DNA from: Syntrophaceae bacterium
Lineage (GTDB): Bacteria > Desulfobacterota > Syntrophia > Syntrophales > UBA4778
Assembly: GCA_039680225.1 (NCBI GenBank)
Contig: JBDKTK010000377.1
Coordinates: 1-46,776, forward strand
Reading direction: 5' to 3'
Length of the DNA: 46,776 nt
The notes beneath the pieces are model-generated. The model saw only the letters and a list, made by a program, of their open reading frames with translations. It made no database searches and was not told where the DNA came from. Positions 1 to 9,718 of this stretch are shown piece after piece. A program made the position numbers and the translations under genes. The stretch's first letter is position 1; each line of letters opens with the position of its first letter.

Positions 1-3
1 TGT

Positions 4-696
4 TTATCTGAATTTCTGATTATCCAGCCTCACCAGCCACTTCTTGCCGATGCCGCCCGTTATGTCGACGAAGTCGTAAGGCGTTGCCGGCCTGCCCACG
101 AAGAATTCATTCGGAAGGGCATCCAACCTTGCGCGGTAAGCATCATATCCGCAATCATCATAGCGACACTCATTTATGGCTCTGGGCCTTTTTGGCTCCT
201 TGAATTGATTTACTATCCTGCGTCCTCCGGAAAGGCCCCACATTTCATCGATATTGTAATCTTTTACATAACCTATGTCGTCAAGATAAGGAACGGAATA
301 CACGAGTTGCCTTGAATTTTGTTTTGACCAGTCCCGAGCCATGTCCACAAATTTTCCGTAAGAGAAAGACACAGCCGTACTGGCAACCGCAAACATCACC
401 CAACCAATCGGGGTTAATCCAAATGCTCCTAAAGCAATAGCACCAGCTATATATCCGGCAGCTTCTGAACCAATTTCCTTTATAACCGAATGCGGAATTG
501 TATCGCCGCATATAGTTGCATTTTCAAGAACTCCAACAGCTATAAATTGGCCTTCCAAAGTATAAAGAACAATCCTGACACATGGTACCCTGATCCCATG
601 CGAAGCCGCTTCCATTGTTTTCATAGCTGCTGATCGCAAGAATTTTGCATAGTCCAAGGTATCCTCTGCATAATTCTCACCCATTTTTTCTGACAT
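4..696 (-). CDS. Hypothetical protein with a Gly/Ala-rich hydrophobic hairpin (possible membrane-active toxin-like protein)
   Basis: 230-aa ORF; AAGGAG RBS upstream of the ATG; segment IGSEAAGYIAGAIALGAFGLTPIGWVMFAVASTAVSFSYG; AT-rich context. Confidence 0.7.
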   Translation of the reverse strand: MSEKMGENYAEDTLDYAKFLRSAAMKTMEAASHGIRVPCVRIVLYTLEGQFIAVGVLENATICGDTIPHSVIKEIGSEAAGYIAGAIALGAFGLTPIGWVMFAVASTAVSFSYGKFVDMARDWSKQNSRQLVYSVPYLDDIGYVKDYNIDEMWGLSGGRRIVNQFKEPKRPRAINECRYDDCGYDAYRARLDALPNEFFVGRPATPYDFVDITGGIGKKWLVRLDNQKFR

Positions 697-709
697 GAAC
701 GCAACTCCT

Positions 710-1336
710 TTATTTTCGTGTAAATGAAACAGCTCTTTCTTCTAAAATTTTTAAAGCCTTTGGACCGTCGTTTGAATTTTCCCACCTGGATATGCCTGCC
801 TTCATTCCCCCTATTTCCGGGTCCGCAAAGGTTGTATTAATAGCCACCCCATCCAGATACTTTAGTTTAATTCTCATAAATGGCTGCGACCAAGTGGGCA
901 GAGTTTGTCGTGTTATAATAATTTGGGCACTCTCTTGAGAGATATGCATTTCGCTATAGGGAATTATTATTTTTCTCCCTGAAAACAATGCATTGATCAC
1001 AATTCTATTCTCATAGAAATAGACATCTCCAACCGTCCTGATCGTCATGATAAAAGCCCATAACCACAGGGGAAGACCTATTAAGGATAAATAAAAGAAA
1101 AGGATCTTTTTTGAAATTCGCACATCCTCCGCTGCAAAAAAAGCTGCTGAATAATCACCCGACAAGAGCACGGGAATAGTAATTGCGGCTAAAGTAAAAA
1201 CCATGCATACGCCAACAAATACATGGGAAAAAACAAATCGAAATTTCTTTATTCCAAGGACTATCAGTGGCGATTCACTGATAGCCTGAAGGGGTTCATT
1301 CGGTTCTTTTTTAATAGTTCCCATATGTTCAGTCAT
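710..1336 (-). CDS. Membrane protein (2 TM + soluble C-terminal domain), paralogue of 1358-1975
   Basis: Two hydrophobic helices; GGGAG RBS; shares ALFSGRKIIIPY, LPTWS and DGPKA with the neighbour. Confidence 0.8.
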   Translation of the reverse strand: MTEHMGTIKKEPNEPLQAISESPLIVLGIKKFRFVFSHVFVGVCMVFTLAAITIPVLLSGDYSAAFFAAEDVRISKKILFFYLSLIGLPLWLWAFIMTIRTVGDVYFYENRIVINALFSGRKIIIPYSEMHISQESAQIIITRQTLPTWSQPFMRIKLKYLDGVAINTTFADPEIGGMKAGISRWENSNDGPKALKILEERAVSFTRK

Positions 1337-1357
1337 ATTTTGAACTCCCGTAACAAC

Positions 1358-1975
1358 TTATTTTTCTGTGAAGGAAAAAGCTTTTTCCTTCAGTAACAGC
1401 ATTGCCTTGGGCCCATCAGCTAAATTTTCCCAAATGGTTATCCCTATTTTCATGCCTGCTATTTTCGGGTCTGAAAAATTCATAACAAAACCCACCCCTT
1501 CAAAATATTTTACCTTCATCAGATTCCAAGGATCCGACCAAGTTGGAAGCTTTTGCGAAGTAATTGTCAGCAATCCGTTTTTTTTATTTATGTACATTTT
1601 GTCATAAGGAATTATTATTTTTCGTCCTGAAAACAACGCAATAACTACAAGTTTATCCTCATAAAAATAGGCATCTCCGACTCTCCATATTGACAGGATC
1701 AAAACAGAAGAGAAAAAAGGGACCACAAGCAAAGATGATATAAACAGTATTACTCTTCTCGATATCCTCACGTTATCGGAAACAAGCATCGTAGAAAAAT
1801 CGCCCGTGGTAAGGACAGGGAATATGATTCCCAAATAAAAATATACTAGTCCCAAAGCAACGAAGACGTAACTGAAAACATAACACTTACGTCTAAGCCT
1901 GAGGACAACCAGAGGCGTTTCACTGTCCGCCTGGTCGGCTTCGCTCACGGCTAACTCTTTCTTTAGTTCAGTCAT
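1358..1975 (-). CDS. Membrane protein (2 TM + soluble C-terminal domain), paralogue of 710-1336
   Basis: AGGAG RBS favours the ATG at 1975 (MTELKK); collinear similarity with the adjacent ORF. Confidence 0.8.
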   Translation of the reverse strand: MTELKKELAVSEADQADSETPLVVLRLRRKCYVFSYVFVALGLVYFYLGIIFPVLTTGDFSTMLVSDNVRISRRVILFISSLLVVPFFSSVLILSIWRVGDAYFYEDKLVVIALFSGRKIIIPYDKMYINKKNGLLTITSQKLPTWSDPWNLMKVKYFEGVGFVMNFSDPKIAGMKIGITIWENLADGPKAMLLLKEKAFSFTEK

Positions 1976-2015
1976 TAACAACTCCTGGATCTGGTATTCG
2001 TTATCGCCTTCCAGA

Positions 2016-2414
2016 TTAAGCAGAGCTCTTTTCAGTCTCTTTTCGCCTGCTCCTGCAGAGATACATGATTGGAAATGCGAACGTAGTTAACGAAAACATG
2101 ACCCCGAACCCTTTTTGAATATCCAGCAGGAAAGCAAAAACCAGGATGAAGATGCTGTAGATCGCCATCGATTTCATGAGGTATGTTTTCTTTAAAAACA
2201 GATACCTTATGGAAAACAAACAGACCGGCAGGATAAAAATGCAATAAAGTGTGGCGAGGGTCAGATCGCTCTCCATGAAATAGACAAGAATTTTATAGCC
2301 CGGGTACATGAGATTGAAAGCAGCCAGCATATCTGCAATCTGCCTGTTTTTATCGTCATCATTAGGAGTGGAGATTTTATCCATAACTTTTTTAGAATCC
2401 CGTTTTATCAACAT
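2016..2414 (-). CDS. Small hypothetical multi-pass membrane protein
   Basis: About three hydrophobic segments; co-oriented with the cassette; start uncertain (ATG at 2384 possible). Confidence 0.6.
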   Translation of the reverse strand: MLIKRDSKKVMDKISTPNDDDKNRQIADMLAAFNLMYPGYKILVYFMESDLTLATLYCIFILPVCLFSIRYLFLKKTYLMKSMAIYSIFILVFAFLLDIQKGFGVMFSLTTFAFPIMYLCRSRRKETEKSSA

Positions 2415-2600
2415 CTGTAAGGTATATGGGCATATTATCTGTAGTCTTTTTTCTTGTAACAGACGATGAATTAACCGGGTCTTATTTTATAAACAGAGGT
2501 ATGTCAAACGATTTCTTTAGGGCGAGTGTATAAAATTTTCTGGATTTCCTGAACTGGACAGAACGAAAGGGGAGATAAAATTCTGAAAGAAAGGGTAATT

Positions 2601-3575
2601 CTAAAGCTTCCTTTCCCTGACAAAATCCGAGACGGCCAGCAGGCACTGCTTGGCTTCGGAATCGGGAAAGATGTCCAGAATTGCTTTTGCCTCGGTCACC
2701 AGGGAACCGGCCTTCTGGAGGCTGTACTCTATGCCTTTGTACTTTTGGATAAGGCCGAGTATCTCCCTGGTCTCACCGGACTGAAGATTTTTGTTGAGGA
2801 CGGCCGATTTTATAAGTTTCTTTTCGTTTTTCGAACAGTTCCTTAACGCATGGATCAGGGGCAGGGTAATCTTGCCCTCCTTGAGGTCCATGCCGATGGC
2901 CTTGCCGAATTCCTCTTCCTCCGCAATATAATCCAGGGTATCGTCCGTGAGCTGGAAGGCGGTCCCGATTTTCGTGCCGTAATTTCCGAGCGCGGCGATG
3001 CTGTTGCCGTTCACCCCCGCGAGGATGGCGCCGATCGAGCATGCCGCCGATATCAGGATGGCGGTTTTTTTCTGGATGAGAAAAAAGTAATCCTCTTCGG
3101 TCATTTCCAGATCGCCGCATTTGACTAACTGGAAGACCTCCCCTTCGGACATCTGGTTGGATATTGTCGACATGAGCTGGACTATGGCAATGTCCCCTTC
3201 GTCGGCCATCAGCTTGAAGGATTTGGAATACAGGAAATCCCCCACCAGGACGCTGGCCGAATTGCCCCAGACGTGATTGGCCGAGGGTTTGCCGCGCCTC
3301 GTATCGGCATGGTCGACGACATCGTCGTGAAGGAGGCTGGCCGTGTGGATGAATTCTATGACCGCGGAAAACGGGAAACGCCTCTCCCCGCGGTAGCCGC
3401 ACAGGTCCGCCGCCATCAGCAGGAGGAGCGGACGGAGCCGTTTGCCGCCGCTGCTGATGAGGTGGTCCGATATTTCAGGTATAAGGGCGATCTCGGAATA
3501 AAAATATGATTTGATGCGATCTTCTACAGTTTTGAGATCTGCCTCATATTTCTGAAGGACATCCTGCATTTTCAT
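2601..3575 (-). CDS. ispB: Polyprenyl (octaprenyl-type) diphosphate synthase
   Basis: GGKRLRP, FARM LHDDVVD..RRG, GDFLY, KTA, SARM-like FQLTDDTLD, DLKEGKITLP. Confidence 0.93.
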   Translation of the reverse strand: MKMQDVLQKYEADLKTVEDRIKSYFYSEIALIPEISDHLISSGGKRLRPLLLLMAADLCGYRGERRFPFSAVIEFIHTASLLHDDVVDHADTRRGKPSANHVWGNSASVLVGDFLYSKSFKLMADEGDIAIVQLMSTISNQMSEGEVFQLVKCGDLEMTEEDYFFLIQKKTAILISAACSIGAILAGVNGNSIAALGNYGTKIGTAFQLTDDTLDYIAEEEEFGKAIGMDLKEGKITLPLIHALRNCSKNEKKLIKSAVLNKNLQSGETREILGLIQKYKGIEYSLQKAGSLVTEAKAILDIFPDSEAKQCLLAVSDFVRERKL

Positions 3576-3583
3576 AGCGCATT

Positions 3584-3612
3584 TTTATACTTTAAGGCGG
3601 AATTTATGTCAA
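3584..3612 (-). promoter_or_regulatory. Sigma70-type promoter of ispB
   Basis: TTGACA (3612-3607), 17 nt spacer, TATAAA (3589-3584). Confidence 0.6.
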
Positions 3613-3705
3613 AACTTATTCGATTTAAATATCTTAGCCTTTTCTTTGCCCGGCCCGGAAAAACGTGGTAGAGACAATCGAGACCCTGATCCGCCCGGAG
3701 GAAAA

Positions 3706-4113
3706 ATGCTTAAAATATACGCCCTGGCCATTGTTCTGGTACTTTCAGGCTGTGCGGCAAAGCACGGTCCCGTCCTTTATCCGAACGAACACCTCAAGAA
3801 AGCGGGTGAAGCCCAGGCCCAGAAAGACATCGACGAATGTTCCCGGATGGCCGATAACTACGTGAAGCAGAACCCCGGGGCCAAGGTCGTCGGGGGAACG
3901 ATATTGGGCGGGGCAGGCGGGGCTGCAGGCGGCACGGCGGTGGGGGCAGTGACGGGCTCAGTGGGAAGAGGCGCTGCAATTGGCGCGGTAGCGGGGGCGA
4001 CGACAGGACTTTTCAGGGGAATAATCAAAGCTTCCCAGCCCAGCCCTGTGTACAAGACCTTTGTGAACCGCTGCCTCAAGGAAAAAGGCTACGACCCCAT
4101 CGGCTGGGAGTGA
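3706..4113 (+). CDS. Glycine-zipper outer-membrane lipoprotein
   Basis: GGAGG RBS before ATG 3706; lipobox LSGC; GxxxG/GAxxG repeats; C-terminal CLKEKGY. Confidence 0.85.
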   Translation: MLKIYALAIVLVLSGCAAKHGPVLYPNEHLKKAGEAQAQKDIDECSRMADNYVKQNPGAKVVGGTILGGAGGAAGGTAVGAVTGSVGRGAAIGAVAGATTGLFRGIIKASQPSPVYKTFVNRCLKEKGYDPIGWE

Positions 4114-4207
4114 GCGGCTTCTGTATTACCTGAAAAGTCCCCCTTTTTTCGAACCTATTATTTTTATACCGGATTCCTGATTTCGAAGGAATGACTTCCA
4201 CATTTAT

Positions 4208-5545
4208 TCAAGAAGTCGGGTACTCCGCGAACAGGTCATAATCGTCGGCCCCCGTAATTTTACATAACACCAAATCCCCGCTGCGGAGCTTCTTTCGCGT
4301 TTTTATAAATACCATTCCGTCAATCTCGGGGGCCTGCCCTCTTGTCCTGCCCCGGTATGAGTAATCGCCCCCCGGGCCTTTCCCGTCGATTATGATTTCC
4401 TGCACGGAACCGATGAGGGCGAGATTTTTCCCGCGCGATATCTCGGCCTGTTCGTTAAGCAGGACTTCCTTCCTTCTTTCGATTTCCCCGGACGGCACGC
4501 GCCCGCCAAGGCGCGCCGCTTTCGTCCCCTCTTCCGGGGAATACGCGAAGGCCCCGAGGCGCTCGAACCGGGTATCCCGCACAAATTCCAGCAGTTCGAT
4601 AAACCGCCTTTTCGTCTCGCCCGGATAGCCCACTATCAGCGAAGTCCGCAGCGTTACGCCGGGAATGATCGCCCGGGCTGCTGCAATTACACTTCTGATC
4701 TTCCGTCCCGACCCCCTGCGTCCCATGGATTTGAGGATTTCGTCGTTTATATGCTGGACGGGCATATCGATATATTTACATATCTTTTCACCGGCAGCGA
4801 TCGTCTCCAGCAGCTTTTTCGTGATCCGGGACGGGTACGTGTACATGAGCCTTATCCAGTAATTCCCGTTCAAGGCAGAGAGCCCCTTCAAGAGCTGATC
4901 GATGCCGGGGGACCCCTTTCGGTCCCGGCCGTACGATGTCGTGTCCTGGGCGATAACGATCAGTTCGCGCGCGCCGTTCTTGATAAGCATTGCCGCCTCC
5001 CGGAGGATATCCCCCGTCTCGCGGCTCCTCAGCCTGCCCCGTATCGAAGGTATGGCGCAATATGCGCAGCAGTTGGAGCAGCCTTCCGCTATTTTAAGGT
5101 AGGCAATGTGGGGCGGGGTGAGCACGCGGCGGGGCATCGCCGCCGTCATCAGGAAATCCGGTTTCCCGATCAAAGCCTTTGTCGTCCCGGCATCCAGCGC
5201 GGCGAGGGCGCGGGCAATCTCGTTTATCCTGCCCGTTCCCAGAAAAAGATCGATTTCGTGAAGCCCTTCTTCCAGTTCCCCCCCGTGACGCTGCGGCAGA
5301 CAGCCTGTCATCACAAGGCGCCTGCACGAACCCTTTTTCTTGTATTCAGCGAGCCGCAGCGCTTCAGATATCGATTCCTCCCGGGCGGGCAGGATAAAGG
5401 AGCAGGTATTGAGGATTATGATCTCCGCTTCCTTTTCTTTGGAAACAAGCCGGAACCCTTCCTTCTCAAGCGCGCCGGCCATCAGCTCCGAATCGACAAG
5501 GTTCTTCGGACAGCCGAGAGTCTGGATGTAAACTTTGGGTTTCAA
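4208..5545 (-). CDS. rimO: Ribosomal protein S12 methylthiotransferase
   Basis: LGCPKNLVDSE, NTCSFI, GCL, radical-SAM CSNCCAYC, C-terminal TRAM with APEIDG; TTG start. Confidence 0.95.
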   Translation of the reverse strand: MKPKVYIQTLGCPKNLVDSELMAGALEKEGFRLVSKEKEAEIIILNTCSFILPAREESISEALRLAEYKKKGSCRRLVMTGCLPQRHGGELEEGLHEIDLFLGTGRINEIARALAALDAGTTKALIGKPDFLMTAAMPRRVLTPPHIAYLKIAEGCSNCCAYCAIPSIRGRLRSRETGDILREAAMLIKNGARELIVIAQDTTSYGRDRKGSPGIDQLLKGLSALNGNYWIRLMYTYPSRITKKLLETIAAGEKICKYIDMPVQHINDEILKSMGRRGSGRKIRSVIAAARAIIPGVTLRTSLIVGYPGETKRRFIELLEFVRDTRFERLGAFAYSPEEGTKAARLGGRVPSGEIERRKEVLLNEQAEISRGKNLALIGSVQEIIIDGKGPGGDYSYRGRTRGQAPEIDGMVFIKTRKKLRSGDLVLCKITGADDYDLFAEYPTS

Positions 5546-5783
5546 ATTTTGACCTCAGAATATCTGAGCAGACTATCATCTCAAATGCACTAATTTAAAT
5601 ATTTTTCTTCCCGCCGAAAATTGCCGGTTGGAAAAAAGGCCTTTAAGGGGACAGGCAAGCTCACGACAAGTCATGCCCGACCCCTGCCGCAGCCTGCCCT
5701 TGAATCTTTAATCGAGGGCGGGGGTGACAAAAATATATATTGGGGATTAACCGGCCAGTCGCCTCTACCGGTTGTTGCATGAT

Positions 5784-8039
5784 CTAGGATATCTTCCGGG
5801 CAAGGACTTTCCGGGGCTTGACGCCGTCGGAGGGGCCGACAACGCCTTCGGCCTCCATCTTCTCGATCATGCGGGCGGCGCGGTTGTAGCCGACCTTGAG
5901 GTAGCGCTGGACAAGGGAGATCGAAGCCTGACCGAGCTCAGTTACCAGCTCGACGGCCTCGTCGTACTTTTCATCGTATTCCTCGTCGCCCCTGCCGTTC
6001 TCGCCGGTTTCGGGCTCCTCTATCAGGATGCTTTCGTCATAGCAGGGGTTGCCCTGATTTTTGAGGAATCCGACGATCTTCTCTATTTCGCGGTCGGAGA
6101 CATAGGCCCCGTGAATGCGGATGAGCCGGGATGTCCCGGGGGGCATGAAGAGCATGTCTCCCTGGCCCAGCAGCTGCTCGGCCCCGAGCTGGTCGAGGAT
6201 GGTCCGCGAATCCACTTTCGACGAGACCTGGAAGGAAATGCGGGTCGGGAAATTGGCCTTGATGATCCCCGTTATGACGTCCACCGACGGCCTCTGGGTC
6301 GCGAGCATCAGGTGGATGCCGGCGGCCCTTGCCATCTGCGCCAGCCTGGTGAGGGATTCCTCGACGTTGCGCTGCGCGACCATCATGAGGTCGGCCATCT
6401 CGTCTATGATTATGATTATATAAGGAAGCTTCACGAGCGGGACATACCTGTCCGGCTCTTTGGGACGGTCCTTTGTCTCGGCGGTGGGCGTGAAAGCGGG
6501 CCCGTTGCCATTCTCCATTTCTTCCTCTTCCTCTATATCCGCCTCATCCGGCCTGCCCTTCCCTTTTATGCTCTCGACGTGCTTGTTGTACTTTTCGATG
6601 TTCTTGACCCCGACCTCGCTAATGATCCGGTACCGCCGCTCCATTTCCTGCACAGCCCAGCGCAGCACCTGGGCGGCGTCCTTGGGATTCACGACGACGG
6701 GATGCAGCAGGTGCGGTATGCCTTCATACGAAGAGAGCTCGAGGCGCTTCGGGTCGATCATGAGCATCTTGATGTCGTCCGGGGCCCATTTCAGCAGGAG
6801 GCTGCAGATCATGGCGTTGAGTGAAACGCTTTTCCCCGAACCGGTTGTCCCGGCGATCAGCAGGTGGGGCATCCGCGCCAGGTCGGCGATGACCGGCGTG
6901 CCGGTCGTGTCTTCCCCCAGAGCGATGGGAAGGCGGTACTTGGTTTCCAGGAACTCCTCGTTTTCCAGGCAATTGCGCAGGTGGACCGATTCCCTCTCGT
7001 TATTGGGGATCTCAACCCCGACAACGGATTTGCCGGCAATAGGCGCGATCCTGACACTCTGGGCCTTAAGGGCCATCGCGAGGTCGTCGGAAAGATTTGT
7101 TATGCGGTTTATCTTTACGCCGGGAGCGGGTTCCAGCTCATAAATCGTGATCAGCGGCCCGGGGCGGACCTCTGTGACCTTGCCCTCCACGCCGAAGTCG
7201 GCAAGTTTCTTCTCCAGGATGCGGGCGTTCATCAGGAGGCTTTCCCTCTTCACCTTCGTGTCGCGGCGCGGCACTTCGTCCAGGAGTGAGAGCGGGGGCA
7301 GTTTGAAGGAGCTGCCCGACATGACAAAATCAAGGGCCGGCTGGCGGGCCTTCTTTTTCCTGGCAGGTTTCTCCACTGGAAGGTACGGCTCTTCCATTAT
7401 AACCGGGGGCGCCGCCGGCTCCCTGGTCATATCTTCGATCTGGACCTGCCGCTTTTCCTTCCTGTCCTGCCTGGCCTCACGGAATTCCTTCCACGACTCG
7501 ATTCTCCTGCGGATGAAATCGAATAACCTTCTGAGGGTCCCGACAAACGACATGTTGACAGTGATAATGAGAGATATGGAAAACACGACCAGCAGGAAAA
7601 TATAGCTGCCGGCCGTATGCAGGATGTAGACGAGGCCGGCGGAGATATACTTACCCGTGATCCCGCCTGAATAATAGGCTTCAGCGGGTACTCCCATACC
7701 GGAAAGCAGGATCGTCACCAGGCAGCAGGTGGAAACGAGCAGCCCGAAAGAGGCAAGCCACGGCCCCAGGCCGAATGCGACTTCGTCTTTCTGAAAGAGG
7801 CGGACCGCATTCAACAGCATTATGAGGGGAATCCAGAAGGAGCTTACCCCCAGGAACCGCATCAGGATACCGGACGTATAGGAGCCCACGTACCCGCCCC
7901 AGTTGGACACGCTGGTCCCGGCAGCCGCCTTGAAAAAAGAGGGGTCGGCCGGGTCATAGGAAAAAAGGCAGATAAGAAGAAAAACAGCGGAGGCAAAAAT
8001 TATTATCCCCGCTATTTCCCTTGTCCTGGATATGTTCAA
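5784..8039 (-). CDS. ftsK: DNA translocase FtsK
   Basis: N-terminal TM region, PHLLIAGTTGSGKS, IDEMADLM, ATQRPSVDV, gamma domain LVQRYLKVGYNRAAR. Confidence 0.97.
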   Translation of the reverse strand: MNISRTREIAGIIIFASAVFLLICLFSYDPADPSFFKAAAGTSVSNWGGYVGSYTSGILMRFLGVSSFWIPLIMLLNAVRLFQKDEVAFGLGPWLASFGLLVSTCCLVTILLSGMGVPAEAYYSGGITGKYISAGLVYILHTAGSYIFLLVVFSISLIITVNMSFVGTLRRLFDFIRRRIESWKEFREARQDRKEKRQVQIEDMTREPAAPPVIMEEPYLPVEKPARKKKARQPALDFVMSGSSFKLPPLSLLDEVPRRDTKVKRESLLMNARILEKKLADFGVEGKVTEVRPGPLITIYELEPAPGVKINRITNLSDDLAMALKAQSVRIAPIAGKSVVGVEIPNNERESVHLRNCLENEEFLETKYRLPIALGEDTTGTPVIADLARMPHLLIAGTTGSGKSVSLNAMICSLLLKWAPDDIKMLMIDPKRLELSSYEGIPHLLHPVVVNPKDAAQVLRWAVQEMERRYRIISEVGVKNIEKYNKHVESIKGKGRPDEADIEEEEEMENGNGPAFTPTAETKDRPKEPDRYVPLVKLPYIIIIIDEMADLMMVAQRNVEESLTRLAQMARAAGIHLMLATQRPSVDVITGIIKANFPTRISFQVSSKVDSRTILDQLGAEQLLGQGDMLFMPPGTSRLIRIHGAYVSDREIEKIVGFLKNQGNPCYDESILIEEPETGENGRGDEEYDEKYDEAVELVTELGQASISLVQRYLKVGYNRAARMIEKMEAEGVVGPSDGVKPRKVLARKIS

Positions 8040-8065
8040 GTCAGCTCCCGGTCAGGCATACGCGC

Positions 8066-8791
8066 TCAGAATTTCATTTCCTTTTTGCCCTGCTCGTAGT
8101 TGCGCACGATAACTTCATGGACTTGTTCAACCAGAGTATCCATATCATCCATCGAATAATCGCTTGTATTTATCGGTTTATCCACGATCAGCAGTATTTT
8201 CCCCGGCCTGATGCGCATGGACTTTGTTTCCATGATCTCGCCGCTCCCGATTATGGAAATGGGGACTATCGGCACGCCCGCCTTCATTGCCAGGTGAAAG
8301 ACCCCTTTTTTGAAATCCCTGATCTGGCCGGGCCGGCTCCTGGTCCCCTCCGGGAAAGTCATGACCGACTTGCCTTCCCTGATCTTGCGGGCGGCCTCAT
8401 CGATGCTCACCATGGCCCGTTCCCTGTTCTTCCTGTCGAGCTCTATGCTGCCTGTCCTCCGGAGCGCCCCGCCAAATATGGGGACCTCAAAAAGCTCCTT
8501 TTTGGCTATCCACCGGAACTGGGCCGGCAACTGGGCCAGGACCACGAATATATCAAAAACACTCTGGTGGTTGGCCATGAATATCTGCGGGCGGTCAAGG
8601 TAGACATTAAAGCTGCCGCTGATCCGGGAGTCCACACCGGATACTGCCAGAATGGCCTTCGCCCAGCTGCGGGCGATCCTGTGGATTGAGAATTCCCCTT
8701 CCCGCACGAAGGGGGAAAAAATAATAACGATCAAGCTGTACAGGCCCGTTATGAAAGAACCAATTAAAATCAGGATGGCTGAGCGATACAT
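8066..8791 (-). CDS. plsC: 1-acyl-sn-glycerol-3-phosphate acyltransferase
   Basis: NHQSVFD (HxxxxD), FPEGTRS, FKKG. Confidence 0.93.
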   Translation of the reverse strand: MYRSAILILIGSFITGLYSLIVIIFSPFVREGEFSIHRIARSWAKAILAVSGVDSRISGSFNVYLDRPQIFMANHQSVFDIFVVLAQLPAQFRWIAKKELFEVPIFGGALRRTGSIELDRKNRERAMVSIDEAARKIREGKSVMTFPEGTRSRPGQIRDFKKGVFHLAMKAGVPIVPISIIGSGEIMETKSMRIRPGKILLIVDKPINTSDYSMDDMDTLVEQVHEVIVRNYEQGKKEMKF

Positions 8792-8882
8792 AAATTTCCG
8801 TTTGAATTCAGCTTTCTTCGGCTATTTACTTTATAAGCAATTATTAGTCAACGGATGAAAAAACCTCAACTCCAACGGCAGC

Positions 8883-9152
8883 TTATCTATTGCGGCCGGC
8901 AGCATTTCTGTATTTATCGTAGGAGATCCGGTGCTCCGAGTATGTCGAAACGGCGAGCCCCAGGACAACGGCAAAAATCACGATTGCCGCAATCCTTTTT
9001 CCTTTCGCCTTCCCTCCGATCGCCGCGACGGCGGCGCAGACACCGGCGAGCACAATAAAGAAGAGCCGTCCGTCCGAAGACATGATCGCGGTCCCCGGGA
9101 CCAGCAGGACAACCGACATGACAAGCAGCGCTTTAACGGATGAATCTTTCAA
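8883..9152 (-). CDS. Small 3-TM membrane protein, translationally coupled to the Kunitz gene
   Basis: TTG start overlaps the upstream TGA; three hydrophobic helices. Confidence 0.65.
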   Translation of the reverse strand: MKDSSVKALLVMSVVLLVPGTAIMSSDGRLFFIVLAGVCAAVAAIGGKAKGKRIAAIVIFAVVLGLAVSTYSEHRISYDKYRNAAGRNR

Positions 9153-9445
9153 AATTGCCCCCTTGATCTACCCTTATCACACGCGCACGCGCTGCGGCAT
9201 TCCTTTTCCGAAGAAAACGGCTTCGGTTCGCCGCAGCCCCCCCAGAAAAATGCCTTGCACGAATTGCTGACGGGATCGTAATGCCAGCTTTCGATAAACG
9301 CCTTGCACGGCCCCCTTTCGCCCCGGTGGGCGCAGCGGGGATCGGCTTCAGTAAATTCATCGCCTTTGCCCGCATCTTGCGCAAAAGACAGTGCCGACAG
9401 GGAAAACAGGAAAAAAAAGATTGCTATCGCAGATTTTGTCTTCAC
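9149..9445 (-). CDS. Secreted BPTI/Kunitz-type protease inhibitor domain protein
   Basis: GAGGGG RBS + GTG 9445; signal peptide ending ALSFA; C-x8-C-x15-C-x7-C-x11-C-x3-C with GPCKA and FFWGGC. Confidence 0.88.
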   Translation of the reverse strand: MKTKSAIAIFFFLFSLSALSFAQDAGKGDEFTEADPRCAHRGERGPCKAFIESWHYDPVSNSCKAFFWGGCGEPKPFSSEKECRSACACDKGRSRGQF

Positions 9446-9718
9446 GAGATTGCCCCTCAGGATATATGCGCGAGTTCCGCGCCGGTTATGAACCATTTGC
9501 CGGCAACTGCCGGTTTCTTTGAATACACATCACAGGCCATATACCAACCCCGATTGTTTGCTGACTTTTTCTCATATGTACACAACTCGGCGCCATTGAT
9601 CAAGGCGGGAGTCAATCGCTTCGGGGCGGATGCTCCGGTTTATTCCGGATTCCTTTTTACTCTGAGTTCCTTGTATTTGAAAAGGAGATGAGGTACAGAC
9701 TGGCAGGGTGGTAAATGT

